Origin: an uncultured bacterium
GTDB taxonomy: Bacteria; Chloroflexota; UBA5177; JANWHV01
Direction of reading: 5' to 3'
NCBI GenBank assembly: GCA_963729625.1
Contig: CAVSOU010000019.1
Coordinates: forward strand, 1-20,091
DNA length: 20,091 nt
How positions within the stretch are numbered: the first letter of the stretch is position 1; each line of letters begins with the position of its first letter. This document shows positions 17,180 to 20,091 of the stretch, piece by piece. The position numbers were made by a program, and so were the translations under genes. The notes beneath the pieces were generated by a model. That model saw nothing but the letters and a program-made list of their open reading frames with translations. It was not told where the DNA came from and ran no database searches.

Positions 17180-18441
17180 CTGGTACCCCCTCTCGCGCTG
17201 GGAGCCGGGGCGCGGGCCTTCCGATCCGGACCCTCCGTCGCGCCGGCTCGCCGTAATCGTCGCACATCTGCGATTGCTCAGTCCGCACCGCTATGCCAGC
17301 CGAAGCGCAGGCAAGATCGTGGTCGTGAACCGCTCCAAACCAACGGTTGATGGAAAATCGGCGAAGCGCAGCATGAAGTGACGCACGCCCAGATCGATGA
17401 AGGCCTGCAGCTCGGCAGCTACCTGGGACGGTTCGCCCGTGAGGAAATGGATATCCGGCCGCGGTGCCGGCGCCCCGGCGCCGGTGAGATCGACCGCGCT
17501 GAAATACGTGAGCACGAGCTCGCTCGGGTCACGGCCCGCGGCCCGGCACTGTTCAACCAGAAGTTCTTTCTTGCCTGCGAGCGCCTCGGTCGTGAGAAAC
17601 GAGGCGTTCCACATATCGGCGTGAGTGGCTGCGACATATAACGTCTTGGGACCGTTGCCGCCGATCATGATGGGAATCTTCTTGTCCGGCCGAGGCTCGC
17701 AGTAAGCCTCGCGAATCGCGTAGTAGTTGCCTGCAAAGCTCGCCGGGCTCTGCGTGAGCATCGCCTTGATGAGGCCGACTGCCTCTTCGAGCTGCTCGAT
17801 GCGGACGCCCGCCCTGGGAAAGTCAAATCCATATGCCTTATGCTCGTCTTCCTTCCAGCCGGCGCCAAGGCCCAGAATAAAGCGGCCGCCGGATAGAAGC
17901 TGGAGATTGGCAGCCATCTTCGCCGTCAGGGCCGGGTTGCGATAGCGCTGGCCCAGCACCAGGGTCCCCACGCCGAGGTGCGGGTAGAGCGCGGCGAAGA
18001 AGGCTGTCGTGGTGATAGCCTCGAGGGTAGGGTCTGCGCCCCACTGAAAATGGTCCTCAAACCACAGAGTGGTGAACGCAGGTGGTAGCGCCTCGATGAA
18101 AGCTCGGTTGGAGCCAAGCAAGGCAGCGGCGATTTCGGACGCGGAGCTTGATGCAGTGTCCTTTGCCGATTGGGTAGGCGTAGTTACCCATCCAAACGAC
18201 ACCGTCTGCGTCTCCATGGTGTTTCCCTTCTATTCGTGACCAAGTACTGCCCGGCAGGGTTAATCGCGATAGCGCTCGACCCTGCATTCTCGCGTGTTTC
18301 ACAGCTTCAAACCGGATGACACCAATCCTTCCACGTAGAATCTCCCCAAGAAGAGGAAGACGATGGCCAGCGGCACCGAACCGATCACGTAGCTGGCGAA
18401 TACAGGACCCCAGATATCGTACGTGCCGCTCTGGGAATTCA
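16898..18441. repeat. Left (intact) arm of a long inverted repeat
   Basis: Its reverse complement is collinear with 18524-20091. Confidence 0.95.
17291..18217 (-). CDS. LLM-class (luciferase-like) flavin/F420-dependent oxidoreductase
   Basis: LWFEDHF, GTLVLGQRYRNPALTAKMAA, SGGRFILGLGAGW..EH.AYG, IPIMIGGNG and ADMWN; SD GAAGGGA upstream. Confidence 0.92.
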   Translation of the reverse strand: METQTVSFGWVTTPTQSAKDTASSSASEIAAALLGSNRAFIEALPPAFTTLWFEDHFQWGADPTLEAITTTAFFAALYPHLGVGTLVLGQRYRNPALTAKMAANLQLLSGGRFILGLGAGWKEDEHKAYGFDFPRAGVRIEQLEEAVGLIKAMLTQSPASFAGNYYAIREAYCEPRPDKKIPIMIGGNGPKTLYVAATHADMWNASFLTTEALAGKKELLVEQCRAAGRDPSELVLTYFSAVDLTGAGAPAPRPDIHFLTGEPSQVAAELQAFIDLGVRHFMLRFADFPSTVGLERFTTTILPALRLA

Positions 18442-18531
18442 GGGCGTTCTGCGTCAGCGAGTAGAGGCCGACGCTGATCACTTGCAGGTTGCTGCTGCTG
18501 ATGGTGACGAGCGGCCACAGAAATGAATTCC
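18299..18531 (-). CDS. Carbohydrate ABC transporter permease (MalG-like), C-terminal part only
   Basis: NSFLWPLVTISS...VISVGL...SVPLAIVFLFLGRFYVEGLVSSGLKL. The 5' part is lost at the fold-back junction. Confidence 0.85.
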
Positions 18532-18754
18532 CAGAGCGGCACGTACGATATCTGGGGTCCTGTATTCGCCAGCTACGTGATCGGTTCGGTGCCGCTGGCC
18601 ATCGTCTTCCTCTTCTTGGGGAGATTCTACGTGGAAGGATTGGTGTCATCCGGTTTTTTGAAGCTAGTGAATACACTTAAGAATGTAGGGTGAGGAGCGC
18701 TATCGCGATTAACCCTGCCGGGCGGTGCTTGGTCACGAATAGAAGGGAAACACC

Positions 18755-19688
18755 ATGGAGACGCAGACGGTGTCGACATTTTGGATGGGTAACTACGCCT
18801 ACCCAATCGGCAAAGGACACTGCATCAAGCTCCGCGTCCGAAATCGCCGCTGCTTGCTTGGCTCCAACCGAGCTTTCATCGGATGCGCTGCCGCCTGCGT
18901 TCACCAGCTCTGTGGTTTGAGGACCATTTTCAGTGGAAACAGGCCCTCGAGGCTATCACCACGACAGCCTTCTTCGCCGCGCTCTACCCCGCACCTCGGC
19001 GTGGGGACCCTGGTGCTGGGCCAGCGCTATCGCAACCCCGGCCCTGACGGCGAAGATGGCTGCAACTCCTTACTATCCGGCGGCCGCTTTATTCTGGGCC
19101 TTGGCGGCGGTTGGAAGGAAGACGAGCATAAGGCATATGGATTTGACTCCCAGGGCGGGCGTCCGCAGCGTGCGAGCTCGAAGAGGGGCGGTCGGCCCCG
19201 TCGAGGCGATGCTCACGCAGAGCCCAGGCGAGCTTTGCAGGCAACTACTACGCCATTCGCGAGGCTTCTGCGAGCCTCCGGCCGGACAGAGAAAGAGTGC
19301 CATCATAATCAGCAGCATTTAGGGTCCCAAGACGTTATATGTCGCAGCCACTCACGCCGAGATGTGGAACGCCTCGTTTCTCACGACCGAGGCGCTCGCA
19401 GGCAAGAAAACTCTGGTTGAAGCGCTGCCGGGCCGCGGGCATCGTTCCCGAGCGAGCTCGTGCTCACGTATTTCAGCGCGGTCGATCTCACCGGCGGGGG
19501 GGCACGGCACCGCGGCCGGGAGTATCCATTTCCTCACGGGCGAACCGTCCCAGGTAGCTGCCGAGTCCCAGCCTTCGTGGATTCTGGGCATGCAGTCACT
19601 TGCAGTGCTGCGCTTCACCAATTTTCCATCAACCGTTGGTTTGGAGCGGTTCACGACCACAATCTTGCCTGCGCTTGCGCTGGCATAG
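18755..19688 (+). pseudogene. Frameshifted duplicate of the LLM oxidoreductase inside the fold-back arm
   Basis: METQTVS..., GTLVLGQRYRNP, MWNASFLTTEALAGKK and FPSTVGLERFTTTILPAL are spread over several frames. Confidence 0.85.
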
Positions 19689-19802
19689 CAGTGCGGGACT
19701 AAGCAACCGCAGATGTGCGACGATTAGGCGAGCCGGCGCGACGGAGGGGGCCCCGGATTCGGAAGGCCCGCGCCCCGGCTCCCAGCGCGAGAGGGGTGCC
19801 GG

Positions 19803-20091
19803 ATGCAGTTAGCGAGATGCCGCTGTTTGGGGCGTGGAACAGTCCCCAGGAGTGGGCGGCACTGGTGCATCGCCACGGCTACAGCGCCGCGCCGTCGTCC
19901 AGTTGACGACCTGCAGGATGGCAACGCGATCGCCGGTACGGCCAGGCCGCAGCCAGGTGCAGACATCGTGATCGCCGAGGTCGGCGCCTGGAGCTCTCCA
20001 ATCAGCCCCGATACTGGCACCGGAGGGGCCGCCACGGCACTGTGCGTGGAAAACCTCTGCGCCATTGCTAGACGCCATCGGCGCTCGCTGC
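19803..20091 (+). pseudogene. Frameshifted duplicate of the 5' part of the TIM-barrel isomerase inside the fold-back arm
   Basis: PLFGAWNSPQEWAALVHRHGYSAA matches the 16334-17179 product. Confidence 0.85.

Larger units (their letters stand above)
18524..20091. repeat. Right arm of a fold-back inverted duplication, indel-rich (probable artefact)
   Basis: TGAATTCCCAGAGCGGCACGT at 18524 is the reverse complement of 18421-18441, and the match continues to the window end with many small indels. Confidence 0.95.

Noticed and set aside
18524-20091. Genuine divergent paralogous operon or invertible segment
   Set aside because: Near-identical DNA including intergenic regions, with one-sided indel noise, and no invertase in the window.
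1-20091. CRISPR array, tRNA or rRNA genes
   Set aside because: No regularly spaced repeats or RNA gene signatures seen by eye.

Overview
GC-rich bacterial accessory region; the gene content looks Chloroflexota-like (inference only). Left to right: a frameshifted ROK kinase (-); an IS110 transposase relic split exactly at DVH|K by a 129-bp element resembling the two ends of a group II intron; a diverged, internally deleted piece of mtnK directly upstream of the intact mtnK; a frameshifted mtnA; an MFS transporter; an F420-dependent Ddn-family reductase; TspO; an orphan protein; a 5'-truncated M24-fold protein; an ECF sigma/zinc-finger anti-sigma/membrane protein operon; adjacent Tn3, STAND-ATPase and IS3 fragments; and a minus-strand sugar-utilisation cluster (ABC permease end, LLM oxidoreductase, TIM-barrel isomerase, VOC protein, and a GH1 fused in frame to a 2-hydroxyacid dehydrogenase tail). 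The last ~1.57 kb (18524-20091) is an error-rich fold-back copy of 16898-18441, most likely a long-read or amplification artefact, so single-base frameshifts elsewhere may also be sequencing errors. All family calls come from motifs recognised by eye; no searches were run.
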